Shown here: one piece after another, positions 1-10,878 of the stretch
How the letters are laid out: the number at the start of each line of letters is the position of its first letter
Numbering within the stretch: the first letter of the stretch is position 1
DNA from: a virus
Lineage: Duplodnaviria; Caudoviricetes
DNA length: 64,000 nt
Strand: one strand, 5' to 3'
IMG/VR virus record: IMGVR_UViG_3300032030_000005
Location: 241,866-305,865 of that record
Position numbers and translations under genes: made by a program
Notes under the pieces: generated by a model
Seen by the model: the letters and a program-made list of their open reading frames with translations, nothing else
The model's database searches: none
Told to the model about the DNA's origin: nothing

Positions 1-38
1 TTAGAAATCTAGGTGTTGAAAATTAAGGAGGAAAACTG

Positions 39-575
39 ATGGATACCATATATACTGTTATGATAAAGGAAAAGTTAGAAGACTATTGTGAAAATATTCC
101 AATGTATGGTAACTTTTATAAAAATGAATGGATGCATGATATGTTATCTTTTAGTAATAAAAAACAGTTATTAAAATATCTGAATGAAATTAAAAATACA
201 AAAGTAGAGAGTAAACTTCTTAATGAAGAGTATAAATCTTTTATTAGACAGTTAGTTGGCGTTGTAGCTGTTCGTAATGGTATTTTTAAGAGTTCTGATG
301 AAATATGGAGAGATCTTCAATATCATCATAAAACGCTTATTTATAATGCAAGAGATATACATGAATCAGAAATAGATAGGGTAAATGGTGTATTCTGTAT
401 AGTGTGTGAAGATTTAAGAGGTTCTTATAAATTGAACTATCCAACTCCAAATTCAGATGATCATATTAGAGTAGTAAGTCATTTATTAACAATATGCATC
501 TATAAAAACGATTTAGTACATAATGATACTGAGAGAGTTGAACATCAGTTAGTTAAGAATCTGGAGGAAAACTAA
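39..575 (+). CDS. hypothetical protein
   Basis: 178 aa ORF with AAGGAGG RBS. Confidence 0.7.
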   Translation: MDTIYTVMIKEKLEDYCENIPMYGNFYKNEWMHDMLSFSNKKQLLKYLNEIKNTKVESKLLNEEYKSFIRQLVGVVAVRNGIFKSSDEIWRDLQYHHKTLIYNARDIHESEIDRVNGVFCIVCEDLRGSYKLNYPTPNSDDHIRVVSHLLTICIYKNDLVHNDTERVEHQLVKNLEEN

Positions 576-853
576 TGAAAAAGAAATTACCATATCCAAT
601 AAAATGTAAACAGTGTAAGTATATTACTGTCGAAAAATTTAATGGTGAAAAAGAATTTTACTGTGAAAAGTATAATGAATTTTGTGCTTGTATAAAAAAG
701 TGCAAAAAATTTAAAACAAAATATCCATTAATAACAAGTCTTCAAGATGTATCTGTACTTATTAATCTTGGATTTGGTTTTGTTTTGTTAATATTATTAA
801 TACTTCATATGATTGGTGTTATTGATATTAACGAATTATTTAATAATAAATAA
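575..853 (+). CDS. small Cys-rich membrane protein
   Basis: CxxC...C...CxC..C N-terminus, one C-terminal hydrophobic helix; start overlaps the upstream stop. Confidence 0.65.
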   Translation: MKKKLPYPIKCKQCKYITVEKFNGEKEFYCEKYNEFCACIKKCKKFKTKYPLITSLQDVSVLINLGFGFVLLILLILHMIGVIDINELFNNK

Positions 854-859
854 AAATTA

Positions 860-890
860 AAAGTAAAGGATATTATCCTTTACTTTTTTT
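860..890 (+). terminator. intrinsic terminator
   Basis: AAAGTAAAGGATA/TATCCTTTACTTT stem followed by a T-run. Confidence 0.8.
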
Positions 891-899
891 TATAAATTC

Positions 900-911
900 A
901 ACAACTATTTA
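900..911 (+). promoter_or_regulatory. late promoter AACA-N6-TA (representative; see findings for all sites)
   Basis: AACA ACTATT TA; same motif sits upstream of 13 genes/operons; matches the AR9 nvRNAP late consensus. Confidence 0.7.
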
Positions 912-945
912 TACTTTTTTAATAAATAATAAAGAGGTGAATACA

Positions 946-1905
946 ATGTCTGAATTAACTACTAAACAGAAAGATTCATTTGATGATTCTGTTTTTGGAG
1001 TTCCAGAATTAAGGAAATTTCCATTAAATGATAGAGAACATGTGTTAAAAGCCATTCAATTTTTTCATCATTGTCCTTTAACGTATAAAAAAGAATTAGC
1101 TAATAATATTAATAAAAAAGCTAAAGAATATAATATTTCTATATCCAAATCATCTAATATATATGAGTATTTAAATGAAGAAGAACAATATGAAATAGAT
1201 TTATTTGAAGATATTCATTTATTAGAAGATTCATTATTATTTACAGAAGCTTTTGGTATGAATGAACAAGAAGCTAAAGGTTGTGTTGATACAGCTATCA
1301 ATATGTGGAAAAAAAGAAAATCATTTATAAAAACTTATAAAGATAAACAAGTTTTATTAACTGATATAAGAAATGAAAAAATGATGATTGATAGTTTACA
1401 AAGATCTGGTGATTATAATGGTATCATTTTAAGAGCCAAAAATTCAGCTAATAAAATGAATACTTCTATTAATAAGCGTAATAATCAAACAGTTCAAGGA
1501 TCTAAGAATAATGGTAGAGTTATGGGAAATCCTATATTCCAACGAAGAAATACAGCTTTTGGTGTTGGTGCTGCAACTCTTGTAGGTGCTACAGTAGCAG
1601 GTGGTGCTTTAGGTAAAGCAAGTGCTAATAAAAGAAATAACGGTCGTTTAGTTACTAAAGCTAAAGTAGGTGCAGGTGCTGTTGCCGGTGCTGCAGTTGG
1701 TAATGTAGCTGCTATGGCTGCTATGGGAGCAACTGCTGGACATCAGGAAAGACAAAAGAGAATAGCAAGAGATCCTAATGCTCCATTACAACAATATGCT
1801 AATAAATATGCTAACTTTATTAGTAATTTCCAAGGAGAAATTCTTGAATTACAACCTAATGTTGGAGGTCAGCAAAATCAGCAAGAAGGAGAAGGTGAAG
1901 ATTAA
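946..1905 (+). CDS. putative virion/internal head protein with DUF6582-like N-terminal domain and Gly/Ala-rich segments
   Basis: N-terminus DSFDDSVFGVPELRKFPLNDREHVLKAIQFF resembles DUF6582; LLE/FTE motifs; late promoter; ATG 946 follows an AGAGGTG RBS. Confidence 0.55.
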   Translation: MSELTTKQKDSFDDSVFGVPELRKFPLNDREHVLKAIQFFHHCPLTYKKELANNINKKAKEYNISISKSSNIYEYLNEEEQYEIDLFEDIHLLEDSLLFTEAFGMNEQEAKGCVDTAINMWKKRKSFIKTYKDKQVLLTDIRNEKMMIDSLQRSGDYNGIILRAKNSANKMNTSINKRNNQTVQGSKNNGRVMGNPIFQRRNTAFGVGAATLVGATVAGGALGKASANKRNNGRLVTKAKVGAGAVAGAAVGNVAAMAAMGATAGHQERQKRIARDPNAPLQQYANKYANFISNFQGEILELQPNVGGQQNQQEGEGED

Positions 1906-3200
1906 TGGGTAAGTTTTTACAAGAGGATTCTTTAGAGAAAAAGACCCTAAATAATTATTTTGATAATTATTTAGATACTACTGAAAGATATTCAAAATGG
2001 CTTCAAGGTGCTCCTACATTTGTAACATACTATTCTATTAATCTAGAAAATTCTACCCAAGATCAAGGTCTTAATAATGTAATGGAAGTAGTTGGTGGAG
2101 AATCACCTATTAGATATAATAAGATAGAAAATTTTCCTATTTACCTTGAAGGAGAAATGAATTTTACAACTAATTTAGAAGAAGATGCTGGTTTTGATAG
2201 TGATTCTGAAGGTACTGGTATTATATTACCGGGTACAATAGTTCCTCAAAATGATGATTTATTAGTATTTGAAATATTAGAGCATAAGCACATATATCGT
2301 GTGGCTAACGTAGAATATTCAAATACAAGTATTAGAAAGTTTTATAGAGTTTCTTTTTTTGTATCTCCGTTTGATATAGAAACCTTAGAAACTAGACAAG
2401 TTAAAGAAGAATATAATGTTATATATAATAATATAGGTACTGAAGTAGATCCTGTAATATCTAAGAAAGAATTCTCATTAATAACAGAAATTGATAAAGT
2501 CTTAGACTATTTGACTGAAAGGTATGTAAGATTTTATTATGATAAGAAAGTTAATTCTTTTATATATAACTATGATAAGATGAATATGATTATTCATGAA
2601 TTCTATAAAGATAATGGTATCTATGATCCAAAGCTGGCTTTTTTCATAAAACGAAATAATTTATTTATAAATAAGAAAACTTTTTTAAAAAATATTTATG
2701 TAGAAAGTTTATTACCTGATAGAGATTTAGATTATGAAAGATCTATATACTCTTTATTTGAAACATTAGATACTGATGAATTTGAGTATCCTTATTTTTA
2801 TTTTATACCTATAAATGAATCTGTATTTAAATTACTTCAAGATAAATTCCATGAATTAGTTCATAATAAAGATGATGTATATAGAAAGTTTAAAATTATT
2901 CCAGATGGTAAAATAAGATCTGGACAATTTACATCAGTTGATTTAATTAAATATGTAACTGATACAAAACTTTTAATTGATGATTTACCTTTAAATGAGC
3001 AAATTATGATTATTTATTTAAGGTGTAGAAAATATGAGGAACAAAATAATATTATAGATTATCTAGAAGATATAGTTACCCTTTCGAAAAAAATTAAAAT
3101 CGACAAGGATTTCTATACCTATGTTCAAATACCATGTATAATCTTTATACTAAAACAAATCAAAAGTATTATAACACATAGTACTAATTATATTAAATAG
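1905..3200 (+). CDS. virion structural protein (phiKZ/AR9-like, possibly neck/head-completion)
   Basis: TYYS...PIRYNKIENFPIY...GIILPGTIVP.D pattern recalled from jumbo-phage structural proteins; late operon. Confidence 0.5.
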   Translation: MGKFLQEDSLEKKTLNNYFDNYLDTTERYSKWLQGAPTFVTYYSINLENSTQDQGLNNVMEVVGGESPIRYNKIENFPIYLEGEMNFTTNLEEDAGFDSDSEGTGIILPGTIVPQNDDLLVFEILEHKHIYRVANVEYSNTSIRKFYRVSFFVSPFDIETLETRQVKEEYNVIYNNIGTEVDPVISKKEFSLITEIDKVLDYLTERYVRFYYDKKVNSFIYNYDKMNMIIHEFYKDNGIYDPKLAFFIKRNNLFINKKTFLKNIYVESLLPDRDLDYERSIYSLFETLDTDEFEYPYFYFIPINESVFKLLQDKFHELVHNKDDVYRKFKIIPDGKIRSGQFTSVDLIKYVTDTKLLIDDLPLNEQIMIIYLRCRKYEEQNNIIDYLEDIVTLSKKIKIDKDFYTYVQIPCIIFILKQIKSIITHSTNYIK

Positions 3201-3216
3201 AAAGGATTGAATTTTT

Positions 3217-4260
3217 ATGTTTAATTCATTAAGAGACGAACTTAACAAAATTGCTTTAATGGAATCTGATGATTTAGAATATTTCAATGATCATACAGTC
3301 GATGGAGACGAAGGCGCAGCTGACGATGAGCTTTACGATGATATCGAAGAAGGAGAAGAAGAAGAAGATTTCGATGATCTCGATGGCGAAGCTGTAAATG
3401 AAGCTATCGATGCTATTGTAAATCAGATGCTCGTTAATGAAGCCTTAGAAGATGCTGATTATGAAGAAGATTATGATTATGATGCAGATGATGAAGGCTA
3501 TTATGAAGAAGACTATGATGAATACGAAGATTACTATGATGAAGAAGAAGCATATGGTGATGACGTATTTGATGATGATTATGATGACGACGAATTTGAT
3601 GATGACGACGATGAAGTAGATATGGATGAAGGCGTTGTTGGTGATGGTAAGACCGTTAAGGGCGATCCAAGCGATGATGAATATGATTCTGTAGATATCG
3701 GTGGCGTTACAAACTCAATTCATTATGATCTTAAGGAAGATATTGAAGATGATGAAGAAGATGATCTTGATGAGCTTTTAGAAGCTATGCTCAATGAATC
3801 AGATGATACAAATGATCTTAGAGCTACATCAAATGATATCTTTGGTGATAGTGCTGATATGCCTTCACAAGATACACCTCCTTCACCACAGTATTCTAAG
3901 GTAACAGGTAGATGTGGTAGAACAGGTGCTACAGTTCCTACAACAGTTATGGGTGATGGACAGTTTGGTACATATGGTAAGTCAAAGTTCAGCCGTGACG
4001 TTTTAGGACAGGCAACTGTTGATGATGATGCATATGATGAAGAAGGTAATTCATATGATTTATATGCTTCAGCTGGTAATATCTATGATGATGATGAAAA
4101 TGAAGAATATTATGGCTTAAGAAATAAGGTTCAGACAAAGAATCTTTTCGGTAGACATAATATCAACAACATCAACTATGCAGAACTTGGTGACAGATTT
4201 GCTGGTACTAAGGATGCATTAGATGAATCAGTAGAACTCTTCCTTAGAGGCTTAGAATAA
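3217..4260 (+). CDS. highly acidic protein, candidate prohead core/scaffold
   Basis: Very D/E-rich; repeated LMES, VNEA, LLEA, LNES, LDES motifs; late operon. Confidence 0.5.
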   Translation: MFNSLRDELNKIALMESDDLEYFNDHTVDGDEGAADDELYDDIEEGEEEEDFDDLDGEAVNEAIDAIVNQMLVNEALEDADYEEDYDYDADDEGYYEEDYDEYEDYYDEEEAYGDDVFDDDYDDDEFDDDDDEVDMDEGVVGDGKTVKGDPSDDEYDSVDIGGVTNSIHYDLKEDIEDDEEDDLDELLEAMLNESDDTNDLRATSNDIFGDSADMPSQDTPPSPQYSKVTGRCGRTGATVPTTVMGDGQFGTYGKSKFSRDVLGQATVDDDAYDEEGNSYDLYASAGNIYDDDENEEYYGLRNKVQTKNLFGRHNINNINYAELGDRFAGTKDALDESVELFLRGLE

Positions 4261-4284
4261 TATATTAAATAAGGAGTAAACCCT

Positions 4285-4773
4285 ATGAAAGTAGTAATTT
4301 TTGATGAAGGCTTTATTCCGGGTTTAGGCCGTGGTCCTTTTAGAACACCTATTGAAATTAGCGAAGACAAGTTCTTTCTCTACAAGAGAATGGGCATTCA
4401 AGTAATAAAGGCTGATGTTACAGCTCCTATTGCTGAAAGCGGTATATTCAATAGAACTGTTACTAAGAGTATTTCTGATAATATTCCTAATGAAGAACCA
4501 GAAGCAGTTGAAGAAGTAAAGCCTATTATTAAAGAAACTAAAGTTGAAGAAACTAAAATAGAAGAACCTGCTGTTGAAGAAGTAGCAGTAGAAGCAGCTA
4601 ATGATTCAGAAGTTGATGAAGTTATCGAAGAAGCAGTTGAAGAGGAAGTAGCTATTAGCGATCTTACAAAGAAAGAGCTAGTAGATCTTTTACATGAGAA
4701 TGGTATCGAAGAAGCTTCTAAGAATATGACGAAAGACGAATTAGTTAAATTAGCTGAAGAATCTTTACAATAA
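4285..4773 (+). CDS. protein with C-terminal HeH/LEM/Rho-N-like helix-extension-helix domain
   Basis: DLTKKELVDLLHENGI...MTKDELVKLAEE after an acidic linker. Confidence 0.55.
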   Translation: MKVVIFDEGFIPGLGRGPFRTPIEISEDKFFLYKRMGIQVIKADVTAPIAESGIFNRTVTKSISDNIPNEEPEAVEEVKPIIKETKVEETKIEEPAVEEVAVEAANDSEVDEVIEEAVEEEVAISDLTKKELVDLLHENGIEEASKNMTKDELVKLAEESLQ

Positions 4774-4777
4774 AAAA

Positions 4778-4816
4778 AAAATATCCCTAAAGACTATATG
4801 TCTTTAGGGATATTTT
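4778..4816. terminator. bidirectional terminator, CCCTAAAGAC palindrome family
   Basis: AAAATATCCCTAAAGAC/GTCTTTAGGGATATTTT between convergent genes. Confidence 0.85.
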
Positions 4817-4817
4817 A

Positions 4818-5543
4818 TTATCTAGATAAACTTAAGCATTCTTTATAGTATTCGACCATAATATTTCTTTTTGTAGCTTTCTCTAAGTAAGCTGGATCAA
4901 AGATACTATTATAAGAATATAATGGAATAAGCATTATACAATCATTAATATTGTCTCCTGAATTATCTAAATAATCATACATATTAGATAACTCATCATC
5001 AACTATAATAGATATATTTTCAATATCTTTTATAACATCAGATTTCTTTTCATTTATGTCTACAAATAAGATTTCTACATTTTCAATTATAGGTCCAAGT
5101 ATACGTTTAATACATTTAATCTTAGCATCAGTATAAATATCAAATGTTCTTGTTACAACGTATACTTTATCAAAATTAAAGTGCTTATATTTAAATAGTG
5201 TAGGTATAAATTCACCTAACCTAGTAGTGATAACTTCTTTATAGAAATTATCACTTTCATTTAGGTATACCTTTAAGATATCCTGCATAGCTGCTTGCTT
5301 TTCTTTCTCTGTTAAGCTTTCTTTTAAGAGCCAATCAGAGAAAAGATAAGTTGGTCTAGAAATTAAAGGATAGTTAAAGAAATCATTATAATTGTAGTTT
5401 AATGGAATAACTTCTGGCTTTATTTTAGTAAGTAAATTTTTGTTATTCATTACACAATAAAACCATAAGTTAGTTGTGTATGTTAATACATCATCCATGT
5501 CTACTACAATTGAACCTTTTTTCACATTTCCCAATTTTAGCAT
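4818..5543 (-). CDS. HAD-family 5'(3')-deoxyribonucleotidase
   Basis: HAD motif I IVVDMDDVL, VVTR, K, IIVDD; directly downstream of the polymerase gene. Confidence 0.7.
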   Translation of the reverse strand: MLKLGNVKKGSIVVDMDDVLTYTTNLWFYCVMNNKNLLTKIKPEVIPLNYNYNDFFNYPLISRPTYLFSDWLLKESLTEKEKQAAMQDILKVYLNESDNFYKEVITTRLGEFIPTLFKYKHFNFDKVYVVTRTFDIYTDAKIKCIKRILGPIIENVEILFVDINEKKSDVIKDIENISIIVDDELSNMYDYLDNSGDNINDCIMLIPLYSYNSIFDPAYLEKATKRNIMVEYYKECLSLSR

Positions 5544-5556
5544 TATAGTGTCCTCC

Positions 5557-7644
5557 TTATATCTTAATAATATTAGTTGGAATTAAATTCTTATCAATAT
5601 TTGGTGTCTGTATATTAAGAGCATCTAATAATACAGTACCAGAATTAAGATGATCCAATACCATTTTATTTACATTTAAGAATGGCATTAACAGATCTGG
5701 AATCTTTGTTAGATTTTTTGGAAGACTTACGACGTTAATAATACCGTCTTTACATAATGCATTTTCTACTGTTGTAGTTTTATCTATTTTATAACTAAAG
5801 TTGATTACTTCATCCATTCTTTCTAAGAATAAATTATATTCATTTTCATCAACTTCAAGATTCTTTTCTTCGATATATTTGTCTATTTGCGATTTGATTA
5901 ATTCAATATTTGGTTCTATAATTACTTTTATAAGATTAATATTGTTTGGATATACGATTTCTAATTCCGGGAATAATAAATTCCATGTCATACAACCTCT
6001 TACCTGCATTACATTAAGAGGATTCTTATATCCACCAATTTCATTAGCTCTTAATGGTAAAGTATAATCTACGTTACCATCTTTTAATGACTGTTTAATA
6101 TTATTACTTAACGTAAAATATTTTCTCAATATATTATTGTATTTAATTTCATCTGATAATAATATATCATTCTTTAATAAATCTGTAAAGTGTTTTGCTA
6201 CATTTTTATTAGTATTTGATTTCTTAATAGCAAGACCTTTAAGGTCTATTTTCTGTTTCTCAATAATATTACCTTCTTGCATTAATACTGTAGAAGCATA
6301 AGACTTCTTATTCTTCGTAAGTAAGAGTCGTGAAAGCATAAACTCATTCTTCATATTAATCAATGGTCTATACTTTTCTGCAATAAAGTGTAATTTTCCA
6401 AATTTAAGATATGCTTCATTAATAACATTTGTAATTAAATACGTTATACAATTAATAGAAGCAACCTTCATTTCCTTACTATCATCAACACATTCAATAT
6501 TCTCTCTAAAATATTCATATGCTGGTTCAAGATGTAAAAAGTTTGAGTCAGTATCAACAATTGGTACTACTTTTCTCTTACCAAACTTACAGAAGTTATA
6601 CTTATTAATATCTATAAAATTATAGAATACCCAATCCTTTACATAACTCCATACATTCTTAAGTATTTCCTCATTCTCTTTCCATTCTTTATCAAATGTT
6701 GCCTTTAATTCTTTATCTTCTTCATGACCCTTTGGTAAGTTATTTGGACCATTAGGATTTAAGAATGGAATTTCCTTATTTAATATCTTTTCAAATTCTT
6801 TATATAATTTAGTATCTGTTAAAAATTCAAAAAGATTATTTTTATAGTAGATCTTTTTAAGATCTTCTTTAGACAATTTGTTAAAATAATTAACTAATGA
6901 TTCACATTCCATTAAATTAACATTTTCTACTGGAATCATTGTTTCTGGATCATAAAATAGTTTACTAAATTTATCTAAGATTTTCTCTACAGTTATTTTT
7001 CTATTAGTATTTATTTCTGTAGTATATTCTGTTTCCAGAATATTATCAACGTAAACTATAATATCTGAAGATGTATAGAAATGTAAATTTCCTTTTAAGA
7101 ACTTTTCGAAGGTATCAATGGCAGTCATGATAATTTCTTCACCAGATGCAGTAACAGATTCACCGCAATCTAAGTCTCTAAATATACTACCATTAGCAGT
7201 CAACACACCATAATATGAATTCATGATACTAGCTTTATAAGTCTGCTGTTCTGAATCATACCTATTCATTAATGTAGGATCTTCATCATTAATATGCTGG
7301 AACTTTAATTTCTTCGCTTCTTTTCTTTTGTTACCAGTATATTCTAACATTTTAGATTCCAAAGCTTCATGTTCTTCATGTTGTGCATATGCTGTTCCAT
7401 ACTTATTCAGTATGTGACCTTTTTTATTAAGGAAAGTTTCTAATTTGTCTAAAGCAACATCATTTACATCTGTACTAATCTGATCCATAAATCTGATATC
7501 GTAAGATATATTTTCATCTTGCTTATTTCTTTCTTTAATAATCTTATCAAGTTTCTTTTCTAATTCATATTCATCTTTTTCTGGAAAGGATCTTTTTAAA
7601 AATGATAACATTTTAGATTTATAATCCTCTACTTTGTTTGTCAT
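5557..7644 (-). CDS. family B DNA polymerase, split subunit carrying motifs B and C
   Basis: KASIMNSYYG (motif B), DTDS (motif C), KKSY, KGL; no motif A or Exo motifs seen; ATG 7644 follows AAGGAGG. Confidence 0.85.
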   Translation of the reverse strand: MTNKVEDYKSKMLSFLKRSFPEKDEYELEKKLDKIIKERNKQDENISYDIRFMDQISTDVNDVALDKLETFLNKKGHILNKYGTAYAQHEEHEALESKMLEYTGNKRKEAKKLKFQHINDEDPTLMNRYDSEQQTYKASIMNSYYGVLTANGSIFRDLDCGESVTASGEEIIMTAIDTFEKFLKGNLHFYTSSDIIVYVDNILETEYTTEINTNRKITVEKILDKFSKLFYDPETMIPVENVNLMECESLVNYFNKLSKEDLKKIYYKNNLFEFLTDTKLYKEFEKILNKEIPFLNPNGPNNLPKGHEEDKELKATFDKEWKENEEILKNVWSYVKDWVFYNFIDINKYNFCKFGKRKVVPIVDTDSNFLHLEPAYEYFRENIECVDDSKEMKVASINCITYLITNVINEAYLKFGKLHFIAEKYRPLINMKNEFMLSRLLLTKNKKSYASTVLMQEGNIIEKQKIDLKGLAIKKSNTNKNVAKHFTDLLKNDILLSDEIKYNNILRKYFTLSNNIKQSLKDGNVDYTLPLRANEIGGYKNPLNVMQVRGCMTWNLLFPELEIVYPNNINLIKVIIEPNIELIKSQIDKYIEEKNLEVDENEYNLFLERMDEVINFSYKIDKTTTVENALCKDGIINVVSLPKNLTKIPDLLMPFLNVNKMVLDHLNSGTVLLDALNIQTPNIDKNLIPTNIIKI

Positions 7645-7845
7645 TATTTTATCCTCCTTGTCTGAAATTGTACCATTACAGTACAAAAATATAATATATA
7701 TTTAAATACAGAATTGTTGGTTTTAGAATTTTTATTTTAGTCTAAAAGAATGTATTAAAAAAATAATGGATTAGTAACAATAATTTATTATACTGATATT
7801 TTTATCTAAATATTACAAATTTTACTTCGAAGGGAGCAATTAATT

Positions 7846-8178
7846 ATGTCAAAGTTTTTTGATAATTACAATGCTGATAATGTAATTGAATATATGAATG
7901 AAGCATTCGATCTTATTTATGAAAACGCTCATGCTGGTGAAAATACAGCTCTTAATGAAGCTAACGTTATTAAGCTCGATCAGCAGACAATGAAGAAGAA
8001 GATGATCCGTAGAGCTGAACTTGCTGCTGCTAAGAATGCTGACGATCCGCTTTTCCATAAGTATATCAAGCACTCAAAGCTTAGAAAGCAGTATAGAAGA
8101 GCTATTCACGAAAAGTATAACTCAAAGGCTAACATCATTTATAAGCAGTGGGTTGCTAGAAATAGAGGCAACGACTAA
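7846..8178 (+). CDS. small late protein, candidate processed head protein
   Basis: AACA-N6-TA at 7776-7787; MNE/IYE/LNE motifs followed by a basic C-terminus. Confidence 0.55.
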   Translation: MSKFFDNYNADNVIEYMNEAFDLIYENAHAGENTALNEANVIKLDQQTMKKKMIRRAELAAAKNADDPLFHKYIKHSKLRKQYRRAIHEKYNSKANIIYKQWVARNRGND

Positions 8179-8191
8179 TTTTATTTAAATT

Positions 8192-8277
8192 AAATGTCTT
8201 AAGGATAATATCCTTAAGACATTTTTATTCTCAAAAAAAAAAGGTTAAGGATATAATTGATATCCTTAACCTTTTTT
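8192..8277. terminator. two tandem hairpin terminators between convergent genes
   Basis: AAATGTCTTAAGGA/TCCTTAAGACATTT and AAAAGGTTAAGGATAT/ATATCCTTAACCTTTT. Confidence 0.8.
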
Positions 8278-8300
8278 ATTATATTTATTAAATTATTTAT

Positions 8301-8492
8301 TTATTTATCTTTTTTATATATTTTAATACTGTAAAATACATTTTTGCTATCAGGATATGTTTTATCAATATATTCTTCTACAGCATTTTTTATCTTTTTA
8401 TATTCGTTTCTATAATACATACGATTAAATAATATATTTCCAATAAGGCATCCAATAAGAGTGCCTATAAAAGTACTAATAATTCTTGCCAT
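8301..8492 (-). CDS. small membrane protein
   Basis: N-terminal TM helix with GxxxG; GAGGAG RBS. Confidence 0.6.
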   Translation of the reverse strand: MARIISTFIGTLIGCLIGNILFNRMYYRNEYKKIKNAVEEYIDKTYPDSKNVFYSIKIYKKDK

Positions 8493-8497
8493 TTTTA

Positions 8498-8767
8498 TTA
8501 CTCCTCATCATTATTATCATTAAATAATGTACTATAAAATATTATATTAAAAATCGTTAATAATATCGCCACTACTACTGCAATGGCGATATATAACTTA
8601 GTTGAAGGTATTTTACTAATAATTATTAAATAGATAATATCTAAAGCTATTGGAAACAGTAATCCTATTATAGCAATAATAACTGCAACCATTTTAATGA
8701 ATACTTTTAAAAATAATTCTTTTATTTCTATTAAAAATTCCAATAGTTCTTTTAATTCTTCATTCAT
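8498..8767 (-). CDS. two-TM membrane protein
   Basis: Two hydrophobic helices; AAGGTG RBS. Confidence 0.6.
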   Translation of the reverse strand: MNEELKELLEFLIEIKELFLKVFIKMVAVIIAIIGLLFPIALDIIYLIIISKIPSTKLYIAIAVVVAILLTIFNIIFYSTLFNDNNDEE

Positions 8768-8777
8768 TTTTACACCT

Positions 8778-10715
8778 TTATTTTAAAAGAATATCATAGT
8801 TAGAAAATCCCTTCTTAGATAATGTACCATACTTATCTAACAGAAGCTGATCTTTAATCTTTTCAAATACCAGTGGCTTAGAAATACTCTTACTACAATA
8901 ATGAATAGCGTCCGGTACAGAGTATAATTCATAATCTGGCATTTCTTTACCCTTGAATAAAGATCTGTCTAACTTCATAAGATTTTTAATTAATAATGCA
9001 ATATGAATGTAATCTGTCTTAGAATTACTCTCATAAAGTATATCAATAATCTTATTAAATAATTCGATAGCATTATGATTTCTTATAAATTCATTCTTCT
9101 CAATAATTTCTTTGAGTTTAAGCATCGGTCCAGAAAGTGAGTTATTATCAACAGAATAACTAAATATGTAATCAAAGTTCTTTAACTTCTTAGCTTTAAT
9201 TACATACTTATCTAAATCCTTGTCTAAATCATTAAAGAGTAATTCATTTATTTCTGGATTTATTACAAAGTTAATATTATTATCAAGTTCAACCACATTA
9301 CCATTATCAACAAGTGTAATTGAACTAATTTCATATTCTTCACAATCTTCATCAACAAGGTCTTTACTAAATGCAAATACTACTTTATCGATATATTCTT
9401 CTTTAAGAATTAACTTATCAATTTCTATTGTGAAGTACTTAAGAATTTCTGGCTTAATACTTGTAAGAATAGCAGCCTGAAGAAGATGCTTTACAGAAAG
9501 ATTTGTCTGTGTAATCATATTAGTAATGATGAGTGATGCAATAATTCCTACATTCATATCCTTGTTAAAATTATACATACCACCATAACATTTTTTACAA
9601 ATACCTGACTTACATGCACAAGTCATCGGTGTTCTAAGATAAATCGTCTTACCGATTAAATCAGAATCATCTTCACTCTTAATTTTCTTAAGATTCTTAC
9701 CAGTAGATGTTTTTGAATAATATAAATTATTGATGTGCTGTAACTTCTTCTTATTTTCAACAGTAAATGGTATAAGATGCTTTGTTCCACAATCTTCTAA
9801 ATCTGATACATATTCATCATTAAGAAGAATCTGAAGTTTTCTTGTAAGATATCCTGAATTCTTTGTCTGAATTTTAACAGTAATAAGTGCCTTAAGACAA
9901 CCTACTGCATTAATATAGAAGTCAGTTACATCTCTTAATCCCATACAGAAATTTGTATCAATAGATCTTGGAATAATTTTCTCTTTAAGATCTGGCTTAA
10001 GGCCTATATATCCGAGAACCTGTCCAAGCTGTCGATTATTAATTCCAGCACCAGAAGTGATAAAATTCTTAAATGTGTTTTCTTCATCATTAATTAATAT
10101 TTCCTGAATTTTATTTACTATACTATGTGTATGATCAATAATTTCTTCTGGTGTTACTACACCATTCTTTTCTTTTATAAAGCTATCTGGTTCATATAAA
10201 ATCTTTCTGAACTCTTCATTTCTTTTTGCTAATTGTATAAATGAATGAAGATCAAAAGTTGGACCAAAGTTTTTAGTCATATCACATGTTAAATTATTAA
10301 GATTGTCTATGATTTCTACAAGAACTTCACCAATCATATCAGGTTCATATCCTAACTGAACGCTGAAATAATCAATACACCAGTCGAAGTATTTTTCAAT
10401 TTCATTAATATTACTTACATCTGGAAGTATATCAATATTAATTTCTTCATCAAATACATAGAATGGCTCTAATATAATTAAGTAAGTAAGATACTGACCT
10501 AATTTAATTTCTCTTGGTTTTTCTCCATTAAATGTAACCTTAATTGGTTCATGTCTTCTCTCTATTTTCTCAGTTATATAGTTAGAGAGTTCTTTAATTT
10601 CATTTTCATATACGCTGACATCATTAATTATTCTATCATCAGCGAATAATTCTTTTACATTCTGAATTTCCTCATCAATTTCTTTAATTTCTTTTACATT
10701 TTTGTTCTTTACCAT
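8778..10715 (-). CDS. phage multisubunit RNA polymerase beta' C-terminal subunit (probably non-virion RNAP)
   Basis: Bridge helix TKNSGYLTRKL, DCGT, RTPMTC..GICKKCYG Zn site, trigger-loop-like TQTNLSVKH; lacks NADFDGD; early promoter at 10787-10794. Confidence 0.9.
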   Translation of the reverse strand: MVKNKNVKEIKEIDEEIQNVKELFADDRIINDVSVYENEIKELSNYITEKIERRHEPIKVTFNGEKPREIKLGQYLTYLIILEPFYVFDEEINIDILPDVSNINEIEKYFDWCIDYFSVQLGYEPDMIGEVLVEIIDNLNNLTCDMTKNFGPTFDLHSFIQLAKRNEEFRKILYEPDSFIKEKNGVVTPEEIIDHTHSIVNKIQEILINDEENTFKNFITSGAGINNRQLGQVLGYIGLKPDLKEKIIPRSIDTNFCMGLRDVTDFYINAVGCLKALITVKIQTKNSGYLTRKLQILLNDEYVSDLEDCGTKHLIPFTVENKKKLQHINNLYYSKTSTGKNLKKIKSEDDSDLIGKTIYLRTPMTCACKSGICKKCYGGMYNFNKDMNVGIIASLIITNMITQTNLSVKHLLQAAILTSIKPEILKYFTIEIDKLILKEEYIDKVVFAFSKDLVDEDCEEYEISSITLVDNGNVVELDNNINFVINPEINELLFNDLDKDLDKYVIKAKKLKNFDYIFSYSVDNNSLSGPMLKLKEIIEKNEFIRNHNAIELFNKIIDILYESNSKTDYIHIALLIKNLMKLDRSLFKGKEMPDYELYSVPDAIHYCSKSISKPLVFEKIKDQLLLDKYGTLSKKGFSNYDILLK

Positions 10716-10878
10716 TATTTTTTACCCCCTTTAAAAGATAATAAAATATTAAATTAAAAATTTAAATTTTAATTTAATACCTTATAATAATATATATTTT
10801 AATTGGATTTTTAATTTTTTTTTAAAAATAAATTTTAACAAATTTATATCATAAATGTATGAAATTTGGAGGTTGAAT

